Positions 1 to 10,406 are shown, counted from the stretch's first letter. The stretch: 64,000 nt of DNA from Alphaproteobacteria bacterium (GCA_965261975.1 CBDHEC010000043.1:11928-75927); one strand, 5' to 3'. A program made the numbers and translations. Notes: generated from the letters alone by a model not told the origin.

Positions 1-678
1 ACAGTCACCGACATTATCGCCGACATTGTCCGCGATCACGGCCGGGTTGCGCGGATCGTCCTCGGGGATACCCGCTTCGACCTTGCCGACAAGATCGGCA
101 CCGACATCCGCACCCTTGGTGAAGATGCCCCCGCCGAGGCGCGCAAAGATCGAAATCAGCGATGCACCAAAACCGAGCGCGACCAGCGCATCGATCAGTT
201 CGCGACCGCCGGCGTTGCCCTGCTGCTGCATCCAGACCATGAAGCCGAAGTAGCCGGCAACGGCCAGAAGGGCGAGACCCGCGACCAGCATGCCGGTTAC
301 CGCACCGGAGCGGAACGCCACCGACAGGCCTTCGGCCAGGCTGCTGCGGGCTGCTTCGGTCGTGCGCACATTCGCGCGCACCGAAATATGCATACCGATG
401 TAACCGGTCACGCCCGAAAGAACGGCGCCGATGACAAAGCCGAGGGCCACTGTCCAGCCGAGAAGGAAGAACAGAATCACCGCGATGACGATGCCGACCA
501 TGCCGATGGCACGATACTGCCGGTTGAGATATGCCGCCGCACCTTCCTGAATGGCGGCTGAAATCTCCTGCATCCGATCGGTACCCGCGCTGGACGCGAG
601 GACGGAACGGGATGCCCAGATGCCGTACAGTACGGCCAAACCGCCGCATGCGATGGCGAACCAGACGATGGGAGCCAT
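1..678 (-). CDS. hppA: Membrane-bound H+/Na+-translocating pyrophosphatase, N-terminal part (runs off window start)
   Basis: Manual translation from ATG 678: [19 protein letters not shown]...[20 protein letters not shown]...[44 protein letters not shown], the mPPase signature. Not in the ORF track because it has no stop in the window. Confidence 0.95.
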   Translation of the reverse strand, partial: MAPIVWFAIACGGLAVLYGIWASRSVLASSAGTDRMQEISAAIQEGAAAYLNRQYRAIGMVGIVIAVILFFLLGWTVALGFVIGAVLSGVTGYIGMHISVRANVRTTEAARSSLAEGLSVAFRSGAVTGMLVAGLALLAVAGYFGFMVWMQQQGNAGGRELIDALVALGFGASLISIFARLGGGIFTKGADVGADLVGKVEAGIPEDDPRNPAVIADNVGDNVGDC

Positions 679-847
679 TGTGAATATCCTTTGGTTTCTA
701 AGTTGTTAGGCCACGTGGGCGTAGACGGCGAATGCCGCAATGCAGGGCCGAATCACCCAAGCCCGTAAAAGCGGCGGGAACATGCCAAAAAGGCAGCGGC
801 ATGGCAACCGCGAGAAGGTATTAAGAATTTGGCCTGCACCCGGCGAA

Positions 848-2059
848 TCAGGCAGGGACCACCCCGCGCCGGGCGCGCAACCAAAACACCGCGATTACGA
901 CCATCACCAGCAATGGCGCCGAGGCGAGGTTCACGGCAAAGAAACCGAGGGTCTGATAGACCACGCCAGCCGCGAGCGAACACACCGCAACAGTGCCGAA
1001 GACGAACAGGTCATTGATGCCCTGTACTTTCGCCTTCTCGGCCGGCGTATAGGAACTGAGCAGCAGCGTCGTGCCGGCGGTAAACATGAAGTTCCAGCCA
1101 ACCCCGACCAGGGCCATCCCGATCCGCAAATGCACCAGCGAGTCGCCGCTGAAGTTCACAGCCAGACAAACCACCGAGATCACGGCGCCGGCAAGAATGA
1201 TGTTCAGGTCGCCATACTTCTTGATCAGCCAGCCGGTGACGAAGCCCGGCGCGAACATGCCGAGCACGTGCCACATGATCACGTTGTTGATGTCGAGTTG
1301 CCCGAACGGATGGGTCGGGTGGAGATGCATGAAGATCGGGGTCGACAGCATCACGAAGTTCATCACGCCATAACCGATCATCGCGCTCATAAGTGCCACG
1401 ATGAAGGTCGGCTGGGCCGCGATTTCGCGCATCGGGCGCGTAGGACCTGAGCGCTCCTGCTCGCTTGGCGCCGGGATATCGGTGAACAGCAACAATCCGA
1501 CCATCAGCGCCTGCATGATCAGAATGATCGCAAACACGCCGCCATAGAGGATGGGCTGGATGATGTCATATCCAAGCGAGGACAGGCTCGGGCCGACGAG
1601 ACCCGCGAACACGCCACCCGCCAGCACCAGGCTCACGGCACGCGCCTTGAAGCTCTCGTCTGCGGCATCCACGGCCGCAAAGCGAAACTGCTGGTTCGAG
1701 CCGGCGGATATGCCGAACAGCGCCGAGCCGATGCAAAACAGAACGAAACCCTGATCCACGAGCGCGTAAATCATCAGCGCCGCGCCCGTCGAACCGATCA
1801 AAATGAACGAGATGAATCCGCCGGCGCGGCCGATCTTCTTCATCAACAACGCGGCCGGCACCGTCGACATGGTCATGGCGATGAACTGGAAGGTAATCGG
1901 TACGGTCGCCCAACCGGGGTTCGGCGCGATCGTCGCCCCGATGATCGATGAGACCGAAAAGATGAGAATCATCTGCGTCTGGCCAAAAGCCTGACACATG
2001 GACAGAAGTGCGACGTTGCGGGAACTGCGATTTAATATCATGGGGCGAACATCCGGCAT
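848..2059 (-). CDS. MFS transporter, RfnT-like (candidate riboflavin transporter)
   Basis: About 12 hydrophobic segments; motifs RFAAVDAA..KARAVSLVLAGG, WHVLGMFAP, GVGWNFMF, EKAKVQGIND resemble RfnT as recalled; lies downstream of the rib cluster. Start uncertain (2041/2059/2074). Confidence 0.75.
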   Translation of the reverse strand: MPDVRPMILNRSSRNVALLSMCQAFGQTQMILIFSVSSIIGATIAPNPGWATVPITFQFIAMTMSTVPAALLMKKIGRAGGFISFILIGSTGAALMIYALVDQGFVLFCIGSALFGISAGSNQQFRFAAVDAADESFKARAVSLVLAGGVFAGLVGPSLSSLGYDIIQPILYGGVFAIILIMQALMVGLLLFTDIPAPSEQERSGPTRPMREIAAQPTFIVALMSAMIGYGVMNFVMLSTPIFMHLHPTHPFGQLDINNVIMWHVLGMFAPGFVTGWLIKKYGDLNIILAGAVISVVCLAVNFSGDSLVHLRIGMALVGVGWNFMFTAGTTLLLSSYTPAEKAKVQGINDLFVFGTVAVCSLAAGVVYQTLGFFAVNLASAPLLVMVVIAVFWLRARRGVVPA

Positions 2060-2103
2060 ACCCTCAGAAAACACAAGCCTTTGCTGTGAATAGCAGCCTT
2101 GCG

Positions 2104-2556
2104 TCAGCCGTCGTTCACGGAAAGGTCCTTGCGGAGCACATTTTCGACGTACATATCGACCACGACATCTGACCCCAGTTCACGAATCGCGGTGCTGCGC
2201 ATCCGGCGTTTGACGGCGTCCAGAGAGATTTCTACACCCTTACGCCGCTCCACCAGGGCATGAAGGTCCCGAAATAGCGCGTCGCGCAGGCGTGAGCTAG
2301 CGGCAGACACGATGGAACGGTGATCGGCCTCAGCAATCTCGAGTGTCAGGGCTGCGGTGTACAAGCCCGCCACCTCGTCATCTTCGAACAAGGTGACGGT
2401 GATCGTGTCGAGGCGCACATAGTGATGTTCCTCAACAACCAGCTTCTCCACCTTCGGCTTCACCTCGGCCTGTTCCGGCGGCTTTTTGCCCATGAAGAAA
2501 AATGCCCCGCCACCGGCGAGCACAAGAACCACCACAATGACGAGAATCTTTTTCAT
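2104..2556 (-). CDS. FliL-like single-pass membrane protein (copy 2)
   Basis: N-terminal MKKILVIVVVLVLAGGGAFFF anchor, YVRLDTITVTL, RLRDALFRDL, C-terminal VVDMYV; FliL-type layout. Confidence 0.7.
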   Translation of the reverse strand: MKKILVIVVVLVLAGGGAFFFMGKKPPEQAEVKPKVEKLVVEEHHYVRLDTITVTLFEDDEVAGLYTAALTLEIAEADHRSIVSAASSRLRDALFRDLHALVERRKGVEISLDAVKRRMRSTAIRELGSDVVVDMYVENVLRKDLSVNDG

Positions 2557-2558
2557 GG

Positions 2559-3062
2559 TCAGCCGGGCAGAACGCGGATGTCGCGAACCAGGACGTCATT
2601 GACCACGCCGATGCCCAGCACGCGGATATTTTCGGAACGGATCCGGTTCTTCAGATAAACGGTTTCGATCGAACCATCGTCAGTGCCGGGAAAGGGGCGC
2701 GACGTCAGGGTCCGCACATACGCTTCGCGCAAACGCGGCATCAGTGATCGCACCAGTTTGTCTTCCTGGCGTTTGCGCCCGACTTCAAGCGAAAGCATCA
2801 CCACAATCTTGTGCCGCGCGCCCTTCTCGGTCTTGAACGGGATAAACAGCGGATCGAGGTCGATATAGTAAAGCTGTTCCGGTTCGGTTACCTCGGGTTC
2901 GGGCACCGGTACAGCGGCATGTTCGGGCGGCTCCTTGGCCAGAACCAGCTTGTAGGCTGCGCCGCCACCTCCGACCAGAACGGCCAGCAGTACAACCATC
3001 ACCAGTTTCTTTTTGCCTTTTTTGGGTTTCGGCTGCTCATCATTTGCACCGCCCGCACGCAT
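2559..3062 (-). CDS. FliL-like single-pass membrane protein (copy 1)
   Basis: KKGKKKLVMVVLLAVLVGGGGAAY anchor, YIDLDPLFIPF, MPRLREAY, VNDVLV. ATG 3062 preferred because TTG 3125 overlaps thiL. Confidence 0.7.
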   Translation of the reverse strand: MRAGGANDEQPKPKKGKKKLVMVVLLAVLVGGGGAAYKLVLAKEPPEHAAVPVPEPEVTEPEQLYYIDLDPLFIPFKTEKGARHKIVVMLSLEVGRKRQEDKLVRSLMPRLREAYVRTLTSRPFPGTDDGSIETVYLKNRIRSENIRVLGIGVVNDVLVRDIRVLPG

Positions 3063-3084
3063 GGCACGGATCGCGGCCTCGCTC

Positions 3085-4098
3085 TCAGCCCGCGTCGCCT
3101 TCCCCGAAGTGCCTGTATCCGCCAATGCCTACCTCGACCCTATCTCCGGTCTCATCGCGCACGGTGACCGCCGGCGTACCATCGTTCACCGGCACCATGT
3201 TGCCGATCCGGGTGATTGAAACACCGGTCTGCGACGCAATGGAGACAATTGTGTCGCGCGCCGAAACCGGGGCCGTGAAGACGATCTCATAGTCATCACC
3301 GCCGCTGATCAGCCTAGACCGCAATGGTTGATTGTCCGTTACCAACCCGCGCGCCGCACGCGAGACGGGAACCAGATGCTGGTGGATCTCCGCGGAGACA
3401 TCGGAGGCGGCGCAGATATGGCCCAGATCGGCCACCAATCCGTCGGAAACATCCGCCGCCGCGCTGGCCGTTCCAACCAAAGCCGGCCCCAACGAAACAC
3501 GCGGCTCCGGCCGCAGGAACCGACCCTCCAGAACGGCCCGATCGGACGCATCATCGACGTCGATATCGCCGGTAATTGCACCCAGCCCGAGATACGCATC
3601 ACCGATCGTCCCCGAGACATAGACATCGTCTTCAACAGATGCTGAAGACCGATTAATCATTTTATTTACAGATACTTCCCCGAACATATTAATGCTCAAA
3701 GACAACGGCCCGTCGGTCCTGGTCGTATCACCACCCAGCAGGGAGACGCCGTAAGTTTCATTGTCCTCGGCAAGCCCGCCGGCGAACGCTGCCAGCCAGG
3801 CTTCGTCGACCATGCCGGGCAGTTGCAGCGTCAACGTATAGCAGCGCGCCTGTGCGCCCTTTGCCGCGATATCCGACAGGTTCACGCGAAGTGCTCGATG
3901 GGCCACATCGGCAGGCAGGGTCATGGACGGAAAATGAACCCCTGCGACGATGGCGTCGGCCGAAACAACGAGGTCTTTCCCGCGGCCCGTTCGCAACCAG
4001 GCCGCGTCGTCGCGCAAGCCAAGGGCGCCGGGTTCGCCGTCACTGAGCGGCGCAAAATAACGTCGGATCAGATCGAACTCGTCAATCCCGCGCGCCAT
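3085..4098 (-). CDS. thiL: Thiamine-monophosphate kinase
   Basis: EFDLIRRYF, DDAA, GVHF, NLSDIAAKGA, GGDT, DVSDGL, GGDDYEIVFT motifs; follows nusB. Confidence 0.95.
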   Translation of the reverse strand: MARGIDEFDLIRRYFAPLSDGEPGALGLRDDAAWLRTGRGKDLVVSADAIVAGVHFPSMTLPADVAHRALRVNLSDIAAKGAQARCYTLTLQLPGMVDEAWLAAFAGGLAEDNETYGVSLLGGDTTRTDGPLSLSINMFGEVSVNKMINRSSASVEDDVYVSGTIGDAYLGLGAITGDIDVDDASDRAVLEGRFLRPEPRVSLGPALVGTASAAADVSDGLVADLGHICAASDVSAEIHQHLVPVSRAARGLVTDNQPLRSRLISGGDDYEIVFTAPVSARDTIVSIASQTGVSITRIGNMVPVNDGTPAVTVRDETGDRVEVGIGGYRHFGEGDAG

Positions 4099-4645
4099 TG
4101 CTGGTCCCGTCCCCGCCGTCTTCGGCTTCAGGCCTTCGCCCCGTGGTCTCGTCGCCGCGCACCACACGCGCCAACCGGTCGAGCACCGCGTTCACGAGGC
4201 CTGGTTCCTTGCCCTCGAAAAAGGCATCAGTCAACCGGACATACTCACTGATCGCGACGCGCGCCGGTATGTCGTCGCGCGAGCGAAGCTCATAGGCGCC
4301 GGCACCGAGGATCGCGCGTAACAGCGGCTCCAGCCGCTCCATCGTGTTGGCGCCATCCAGGCAACCATCCAACGCCGCGTTCAAATCCGTACGGTCCCGT
4401 GCGACGCCCTGCACCAGATCCGCGAACAGCGCCTTATCGGCATCGCGCGGCCCGGCGACTTCCTCGTCACCATCCCCCGACACGGGCAATTCGGTGCGAT
4501 GTTGAATGAACTCGAGAACGGTGGATTCCGCCGTGCCGCCGCGGATATCCATCTGATACAGCGCCTGCACCGCCAGGAGCCGTGCCGCACCGCGCGCGGA
4601 TGCGCCGGATTTGCGCCCGGCGGGCGCTTCGCCTTCTCCCGACAT
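4082..4645 (-). CDS. nusB: Transcription antitermination factor NusB
   Basis: ARLLAVQALYQ, IPARVAISEYV, LVNAVLD; TGATG coupling with ribH. Confidence 0.95.
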   Translation of the reverse strand: MSGEGEAPAGRKSGASARGAARLLAVQALYQMDIRGGTAESTVLEFIQHRTELPVSGDGDEEVAGPRDADKALFADLVQGVARDRTDLNAALDGCLDGANTMERLEPLLRAILGAGAYELRSRDDIPARVAISEYVRLTDAFFEGKEPGLVNAVLDRLARVVRGDETTGRRPEAEDGGDGTSNGARD

Positions 4646-5109
4646 CAGCGGGGGAACATTCGAAAGGAACTCTTGAACCCAACCATCCGCAGGCAGGCCG
4701 TCGCCGCATCGGCACCCTTGTTGCCCTGGTCCACGGCGGCGCGCGCCATGGCTTGCGCCTTGTTCTCGGTCGTCAGAACACCGAACCCGAGCGCCAGACA
4801 ATGCCGGATCGCCAGGTCCTGCAGGCCGCGGGCGGTTTCTCCGCACACATAGTCATAGTGGGTGGTCTCGCCCCGGATCACGCAGCCGAGCGCCACATAA
4901 CCATCGAACCGGCGTCGACCGCTCGAGAATTCGGGTGAGCGCATGGCCGTTGCAATCGCGGCCGGAATTTCGAACGCGCCGGGTATTTCATATACCTCGT
5001 AGGAAGCACCGGCTTCGTCGAGGACGGCGGTTGCACCGGCCAGCAGCTGGTCGGCGATCTCCTCATAATATTTGGAGACCGCAATCATGATATGGGGTTG
5101 GTCGTACAT
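4645..5109 (-). CDS. ribH: 6,7-dimethyl-8-ribityllumazine synthase
   Basis: PGAFEIP, ALGCVIRGETTHYDYVC, GVLTTEN, NKGADAA. Confidence 0.96.
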   Translation of the reverse strand: MYDQPHIMIAVSKYYEEIADQLLAGATAVLDEAGASYEVYEIPGAFEIPAAIATAMRSPEFSSGRRRFDGYVALGCVIRGETTHYDYVCGETARGLQDLAIRHCLALGFGVLTTENKAQAMARAAVDQGNKGADAATACLRMVGFKSSFRMFPR

Positions 5110-5120
5110 TGCCTTCTTCC

Positions 5121-6302
5121 CTAGTCGCCGGGACCGGTCATCGGCACCGCACGGGTCTCTATCAGCCTGAGGCCGAAACCCTCAAGGCCCACAATCGAAC
5201 GCTGTGAGTTCGACAGCAGGATGATATCCCGGACGCCAAGATCGACAAGTATCTGCGCCCCGACACCATAGTTGCGCAATTCATTGATCGGCTTTCTCGG
5301 CGCACTGCTGAATTGCCGAATGCGATCGGACAGCGACGTCGGGGAGGTATCGCGGATCAGCACGATCACGCCCGCGCCGGCTTCGCCGATGAGCTCCATG
5401 GAGCGCTGGAGAATACCGGAATCAGGCGCATCGAGGCTTCCCATCGCATCCGCGCCAATGGAAAAGGAATGCATCCGCACCAGAACCGGTTTTTCCGGGT
5501 CGATCTCACCCTTCACGATCGCCAGATGCTCGGCATACTCCACGGTGTTGCGATAGATGCGCCACTTGAAATCGCCGCCAAACCGCGAATGGAAATCATG
5601 CTCCATCAACTGTTCGACGATCCGGTCGTTGCGCCGGCGGTAGGCAATCAGGTCCGCGATCGCCCCGATCTTGAGCCCGTGATATTGGGCGAACCCGATC
5701 AAATCCGGCAGTCGCGACATCGTCCCGTCGTCATTCATGATCTCGCAGATCACGGCCGACGGGTTGAGTCCGGCAAGACGCGCGATATCGACACCGGCTT
5801 CCGTATGCCCGGCCCGCACGAGAACACCGCCGTCACGGGCCGCCAGCGGAAACACATGACCCGGCGTGACAATATCCGCTTCGGTCGAGCGCGGATCGAT
5901 CGCCACGGTGATCGTTCGCGCCCGGTCGGGGGCCGAGATGCCCGTGGTCACGCCTTCGGCAGCCTCGACGGAAACGGTGAAATTCGTCGCCAGGCGCTGG
6001 CCGTGCGTCTGGGGCATCATCGGCAGGCCAAGCTGCTGGGTCCGCTCGCGGGTCAGGGACAGACAAATCAGGCCGCGGCCATGGGTGGCCATGAAGTTGA
6101 TGGCATCCGGTGTCGCCATTTGGGCGGGGATTACCAGGTCACCTTCGTTCTCCCGATCCTCGTCATCGATGAGAATGAACATCTTCCCGTTGCGGGCATC
6201 CTCGATGATGTCCTCAATCGGCGACAAAATCTGTTCGTCGTCCACGGCGCGCTGCACGTCCTGCTTCGATACGCTGCGCAGACCCTCGGTTTTATCTGTC
6301 AC
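5121..6302 (-). CDS. ribB: DHBP synthase fused to degenerate GTP cyclohydrolase II-like domain (RibBX type)
   Basis: DDEDRENEGDL, TGISAPDRA, PGHVFPL, RAGHTE, CEIMNDDG; the C-terminal domain (VLVRMHS...LRNYGVGAQIL) lacks the Zn-binding Cys residues. Confidence 0.93.
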   Translation of the reverse strand: MTDKTEGLRSVSKQDVQRAVDDEQILSPIEDIIEDARNGKMFILIDDEDRENEGDLVIPAQMATPDAINFMATHGRGLICLSLTRERTQQLGLPMMPQTHGQRLATNFTVSVEAAEGVTTGISAPDRARTITVAIDPRSTEADIVTPGHVFPLAARDGGVLVRAGHTEAGVDIARLAGLNPSAVICEIMNDDGTMSRLPDLIGFAQYHGLKIGAIADLIAYRRRNDRIVEQLMEHDFHSRFGGDFKWRIYRNTVEYAEHLAIVKGEIDPEKPVLVRMHSFSIGADAMGSLDAPDSGILQRSMELIGEAGAGVIVLIRDTSPTSLSDRIRQFSSAPRKPINELRNYGVGAQILVDLGVRDIILLSNSQRSIVGLEGFGLRLIETRAVPMTGPGD

Positions 6303-6895
6303 GTTTCATCCCGTTCCAAAAGACGCGCGACATAGCGCGCGATTACATCCACTTCAATATTCACATCGGTTCCGACATCAACATCGGCAAGTGACGTGTT
6401 GTCCCATGTATGGGGGATTATATTCACCCCGAAAACCGCATCATCCACTTCGTTCACAGTCAGTGAGACACCATCGACCGTGATCGAACCCTTTGACGCC
6501 ACGTAGTGCTTCAGCGCATCGGGGACCCTGATGCTAACCCGGTGATTGTCACCCTCGCGCGCCAGGCCGACTACTTGCGCCACGCCGTCGACATGACCGA
6601 GCACCAGATGCCCGCCCAGTTCGTCGGCAGCCCGCAAGGCGCGCTCCAGGTTGATACGCGTACCCACGTCCCAACTGCCGCTCGTGGTTTTCTCGAGTGT
6701 CTCACCCGAGACATCGACGGCAAAACTCGACGCCGTTTTCTCGACCACGGTCAGGCATGCCCCATTGCACGCGATCGACGCGCCGATATCGATGTCCGAC
6801 GTGTCATACGCGGTCTCGATCGTCAGTCGGCGCCCGACTTCCTGGGTATCGACCCCGGCAATCCGCCCCACATCAGTGACAATTCCTGTAAACAT
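6299..6895 (-). CDS. ribE: Riboflavin synthase (alpha chain)
   Basis: MFTGIV start, GASIACNGACLTV, NLERAL, GGHLVLGHVD, GVSLTVN. Confidence 0.96.
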   Translation of the reverse strand: MFTGIVTDVGRIAGVDTQEVGRRLTIETAYDTSDIDIGASIACNGACLTVVEKTASSFAVDVSGETLEKTTSGSWDVGTRINLERALRAADELGGHLVLGHVDGVAQVVGLAREGDNHRVSIRVPDALKHYVASKGSITVDGVSLTVNEVDDAVFGVNIIPHTWDNTSLADVDVGTDVNIEVDVIARYVARLLERDET

Positions 6896-6904
6896 GGGGC
6901 TTGG

Positions 6905-8029
6905 TTACGGCACGCGGGCGAAAATTTCCAGCGTGTCGTCACCGACCGGTGTGCGGGACAGGGGCTTGAAGGTTGGTACTTCGGACATGTCCGCGACCCC
7001 CAGATCACCAAAAGGCGGCAGCCCATCACCACCGATCAGGGATGGCGCACGGAACCAAAGCAACCGATCGACGAGGCCTGCGCGGAGCAACCCGGTCGAC
7101 AGCCGCGCGCCGCCTTCCACCATCAGGCGCGTCACCCCCATCGCGCCAAGCGCACGCAACGCGGCACCTGGCTCCGGCTGTCCATCCACGACATCCTCGA
7201 TCGGGACAACCATCACCCCCGCCCCTTCCAGAGCCTTGCGACGTTCCTTGTCGGTCTTGGCCGCCGACAGAACCCATGTCTGGACATCGCCCGCCGTGCG
7301 CACCAATTCGGATTCCAGCGATATTCGCAGCTGTGAATCGAACACCACGCGCACTGGCGAGCGGCCTTCCATTCCCGGCAACCTGCAGGTCAGGCTCGGA
7401 TCATCAGCCTCGGCGGTCCCGATCCCCACCGCAATGGCGTCATGCTGGGCGCGCAATAGATGTGCGTGACGTCGCGCCGCCGCGCCGGTGATCCATTGGG
7501 ATGCGCCGGTCCGGGTCGCGATCCGGCCATCCGACGTGGTCGCGGTCTTGAGGGAAACCATCGGGCGACCGTCCCCGACCCGCGTCAGGAAACCGATATT
7601 GATGTTCTCAGCTTCCTCGCGACAGATATCGGTTTCGACTTCGATACCCGCATCACGTATCCGCGCGATGCCACGCCCCGCCACCCGCGCATCGGGATCG
7701 CCGCAAGCGACCACCACGCGCGCCACGCGCGCAGCGATCAACGCGTCCGCGCATGGCGGCGTACGCCCCAAATGGCTGCACGGCTCAAGCGTGACATATG
7801 CCGTCGCACCGACGAGCGCCGCAGCGCCGAAACGCGCGCGCGCCTGGTCGAGCGCCACCGTCTCCGAATGTGGACGGCCGCCCGGCTGGGTCCAGCCGCG
7901 CCCAAGGACGCGCTTGTCAGGCTCACCGGAAACGATCACGCAACCGACCGCGGGGTTGGGCCAGACATTGCCCAACCCGCGCCGCGCGAGCCGCAGCGCT
8001 GTTGTCATGAAATCCTGATCGCTATGCAT
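6905..8029 (-). CDS. ribD: Bifunctional pyrimidine deaminase/reductase RibD
   Basis: PNPAVGCVIV, HSE, TLEPCSHLGRTPPC, DDPSLTCR, VEGG. Confidence 0.96.
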   Translation of the reverse strand: MHSDQDFMTTALRLARRGLGNVWPNPAVGCVIVSGEPDKRVLGRGWTQPGGRPHSETVALDQARARFGAAALVGATAYVTLEPCSHLGRTPPCADALIAARVARVVVACGDPDARVAGRGIARIRDAGIEVETDICREEAENINIGFLTRVGDGRPMVSLKTATTSDGRIATRTGASQWITGAAARRHAHLLRAQHDAIAVGIGTAEADDPSLTCRLPGMEGRSPVRVVFDSQLRISLESELVRTAGDVQTWVLSAAKTDKERRKALEGAGVMVVPIEDVVDGQPEPGAALRALGAMGVTRLMVEGGARLSTGLLRAGLVDRLLWFRAPSLIGGDGLPPFGDLGVADMSEVPTFKPLSRTPVGDDTLEIFARVP

Positions 8030-8060
8030 CAGACTAGGGTCGAGCGAAAGCCGCCCGCGA

Positions 8061-8540
8061 TCAATCGTTTTCGACCATCTCGCCGTCAGCCGACAAATGC
8101 TCGTTCCCGATAAAATCCTCGAAATCGCGGACTTCACGGAAATTCTTGTAGACCGAGGCGAACCGCACATAGGCGATGGAATCGAGATTGGCCAGGGCGT
8201 CCATCACCGCCTCGCCGATCGCATCGGAAGGGATATCCGTCTCGCCCGAGGATTCGAGACGCCGCACAATGCCGCTAATGACCCGATCCACGCGCTCGGC
8301 ATCCACCGGGCGCTTGCGCAGGGAAATGCGCATGGAACTTTCCAGTTTGTCGCGATCGAACGGCACACGTTGACCGTTCTTCTTCAGCACTGTCAGGTCA
8401 CGCAGATGAACGCGCTCAAAAGTGGTCCAGCGCGCGCCACAATCAGGGCATGCGCGGCGGCGGCGGATCGCCGTGTTGTCCTCTGTCGGACGCGAATCCT
8501 TCACATGCGTGTCGGTGTGTGCACAAAACGGGCAGCGCAT
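8061..8540 (-). CDS. nrdR: Transcriptional repressor NrdR
   Basis: MRCPFC...VKDSR...[18 protein letters not shown]-cone, AYVRFASVY. Confidence 0.97.
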   Translation of the reverse strand: MRCPFCAHTDTHVKDSRPTEDNTAIRRRRACPDCGARWTTFERVHLRDLTVLKKNGQRVPFDRDKLESSMRISLRKRPVDAERVDRVISGIVRRLESSGETDIPSDAIGEAVMDALANLDSIAYVRFASVYKNFREVRDFEDFIGNEHLSADGEMVEND

Positions 8541-8577
8541 TTACGTTTCCTCTCGCGTCGCTTCTTTTTCCTGTCGA

Positions 8578-9891
8578 TCAGCCGGCCGGGTAAATCGGAA
8601 ACCGATTGCATAACTCTTCTACGCGCCTGCGCACCGATTCCTCGACCTGTGCGTCACCGTCCGGGTTGCCGCTCAGACCATCGAGCACCTCGACAATGAG
8701 TTCGCCAACCAGTCGGAATTCCGCAGGGCCAAAGCCGCGCGTGGTACCGGCCGGGGTCCCGAGCCGGATGCCGGACGTTACCATCGGCTTTTCCGGGTCA
8801 AACGGGATACCGTTCTTGTTACACGTCAGGCTGGCCCGCTCGAGCGCAACCTCGGTGATATTCCCGGTCAGTGATTTCGGCCGCAGGTCCACGAGCATAA
8901 GATGCGTCTCCGTGCCGCCGGAGACGATATCAAGCCCGCCTTCGGCCAGGGTCGCCGCCAGCGCGTTGGCGTTCTCGACGATCCGTTGCGCATAGGTCTT
9001 GAACGATGGCTGGAGAGCTTCGCCGAAGGCTACCGCCTTGGCCGCGATCACATGCATCAGCGGCCCGCCCTGCAGGCCGGGAAAGACGGCCGAATTGATT
9101 TTCTTACCAAGATCCGGATCGTCGGCCAGGATCATGCCGCCACGCGGGCCACGAAGTGTCTTGTGGGTCGTGGTCGTGACGATATGCGCGTGGGGAAACG
9201 GGCTCGGATGAGCGCCGCCGGCAACCAGGCCGGCGAAATGCGCCATGTCGACCATCAGGTATGCCCCGACCGCGTCTGCAATCTCACGAAACTTCGCGAA
9301 GTCGATCACCCTCGGATAGGCCGATCCGCCTGCAACGATCAGCGCGGGCTTGTGCTCACGCGCCAGCGCCTCGACCTCGTCCATGTCGATCCGGGCGTCT
9401 TCGCGGCGCACCCCGTATTGGACGGCGTTGAACCATTTACCCGACAGGTTGGGCGCGGCACCGTGGGTCAGGTGGCCGCCGGCCGCCAGCGACATGCCGA
9501 GTACAGTGTCTCCCGGCTTGCACAGGGCGAGGAAGACCGCCTGGTTCGCCTGAGCGCCGGAATGGGGCTGCACATTCGCGAACGAGCAACCGAACAACCG
9601 CGTCGCGCGTTCGATTGCCAATTCCTCGGCCACATCGACGAACTCGCAACCGCCATAGTAGCGGCGGCCGGGATAGCCTTCGGCGTATTTATTGGTCAGA
9701 ACCGAACCCATGGCCTCGATGACGGCACGCGAGACGATATTCTCCGACGCGATCAACTCGACCTGGGATTGTTGGCGTCCGAGCTCGCGCTGCATGGCAT
9801 CGAAAATGTCGGGATCGGCCTCGGCGAGGCCGCGGTCGAAAAATCCGTCGGTCACATTGCCCGCGCCCGGGGCTTCACTGGTCATCGACAT
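8578..9891 (-). CDS. glyA: Serine hydroxymethyltransferase
   Basis: [43 protein letters not shown]; AGAGGA RBS before ATG 9891. Confidence 0.97.
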   Translation of the reverse strand: MSMTSEAPGAGNVTDGFFDRGLAEADPDIFDAMQRELGRQQSQVELIASENIVSRAVIEAMGSVLTNKYAEGYPGRRYYGGCEFVDVAEELAIERATRLFGCSFANVQPHSGAQANQAVFLALCKPGDTVLGMSLAAGGHLTHGAAPNLSGKWFNAVQYGVRREDARIDMDEVEALAREHKPALIVAGGSAYPRVIDFAKFREIADAVGAYLMVDMAHFAGLVAGGAHPSPFPHAHIVTTTTHKTLRGPRGGMILADDPDLGKKINSAVFPGLQGGPLMHVIAAKAVAFGEALQPSFKTYAQRIVENANALAATLAEGGLDIVSGGTETHLMLVDLRPKSLTGNITEVALERASLTCNKNGIPFDPEKPMVTSGIRLGTPAGTTRGFGPAEFRLVGELIVEVLDGLSGNPDGDAQVEESVRRRVEELCNRFPIYPAG

Positions 9892-9968
9892 ACTTATTCC
9901 TCTGTCGTTCATTCGTTCAGATACTTTTGTCACGCCGCCGTCCGGCGCCCGCATTTAACCTGCCATTG

Positions 9969-10406
9969 CTATCCCAGTTTCGCGACCCTTCGGTCGTGCC
10001 GCTCACCGCCCGGATAGGCCGCATCGAGAAAAGCGCGCAGGCAATCATGCGCCACCTCGTGCCCGAGAATACGGGTCCCCAGCGCCAGGACATTCGCGTC
10101 ATTATGCTCGCGCGCCAGACGCGCGGTCGTGGCGTCATGGCAAAGCGCGGCACGCACGCCGGCGATCCGGTTGGCTGCAATGGAGATGCCGATACCGGTC
10201 CCGCAGATGATGACCCCCTGGTCCGCCCGACCCGACGCGACGGCTTCGCCGACCGCTTTCCCGAAGTCGGGATAGTCGACCGAGGCATCGCTGTCGGTAC
10301 CGAGATCAAGGATGGTCACACCGCGTTCCTGAAGATCTGCCTTGAGTTCTTCCTTGAGGGCGTATCCGGCGTGGTCCGCCGCGATCGCGATCGTGCCTTC
10401 GCTCAT
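9969..10406 (-). CDS. rpiB: Ribose-5-phosphate isomerase B
   Basis: ADHAG, DYPD, CGTGIG, AREHNDANVL, RHDRRV. Confidence 0.96.
   Translation of the reverse strand: MSEGTIAIAADHAGYALKEELKADLQERGVTILDLGTDSDASVDYPDFGKAVGEAVASGRADQGVIICGTGIGISIAANRIAGVRAALCHDATTARLAREHNDANVLALGTRILGHEVAHDCLRAFLDAAYPGGERHDRRVAKLG

Noticed and set aside
679-847. Possible Na+/Li+ riboswitch or sigma54 promoter upstream of hppA
   Set aside because: I could not match the nhaA-I/II or DUF1646 consensus by eye, and the GG/GC spacing is N9 rather than N10. An Rfam scan would settle it.
8030-8580. FMN riboswitch for the rib genes
   Set aside because: No space; ribD follows nrdR and glyA with short spacers.
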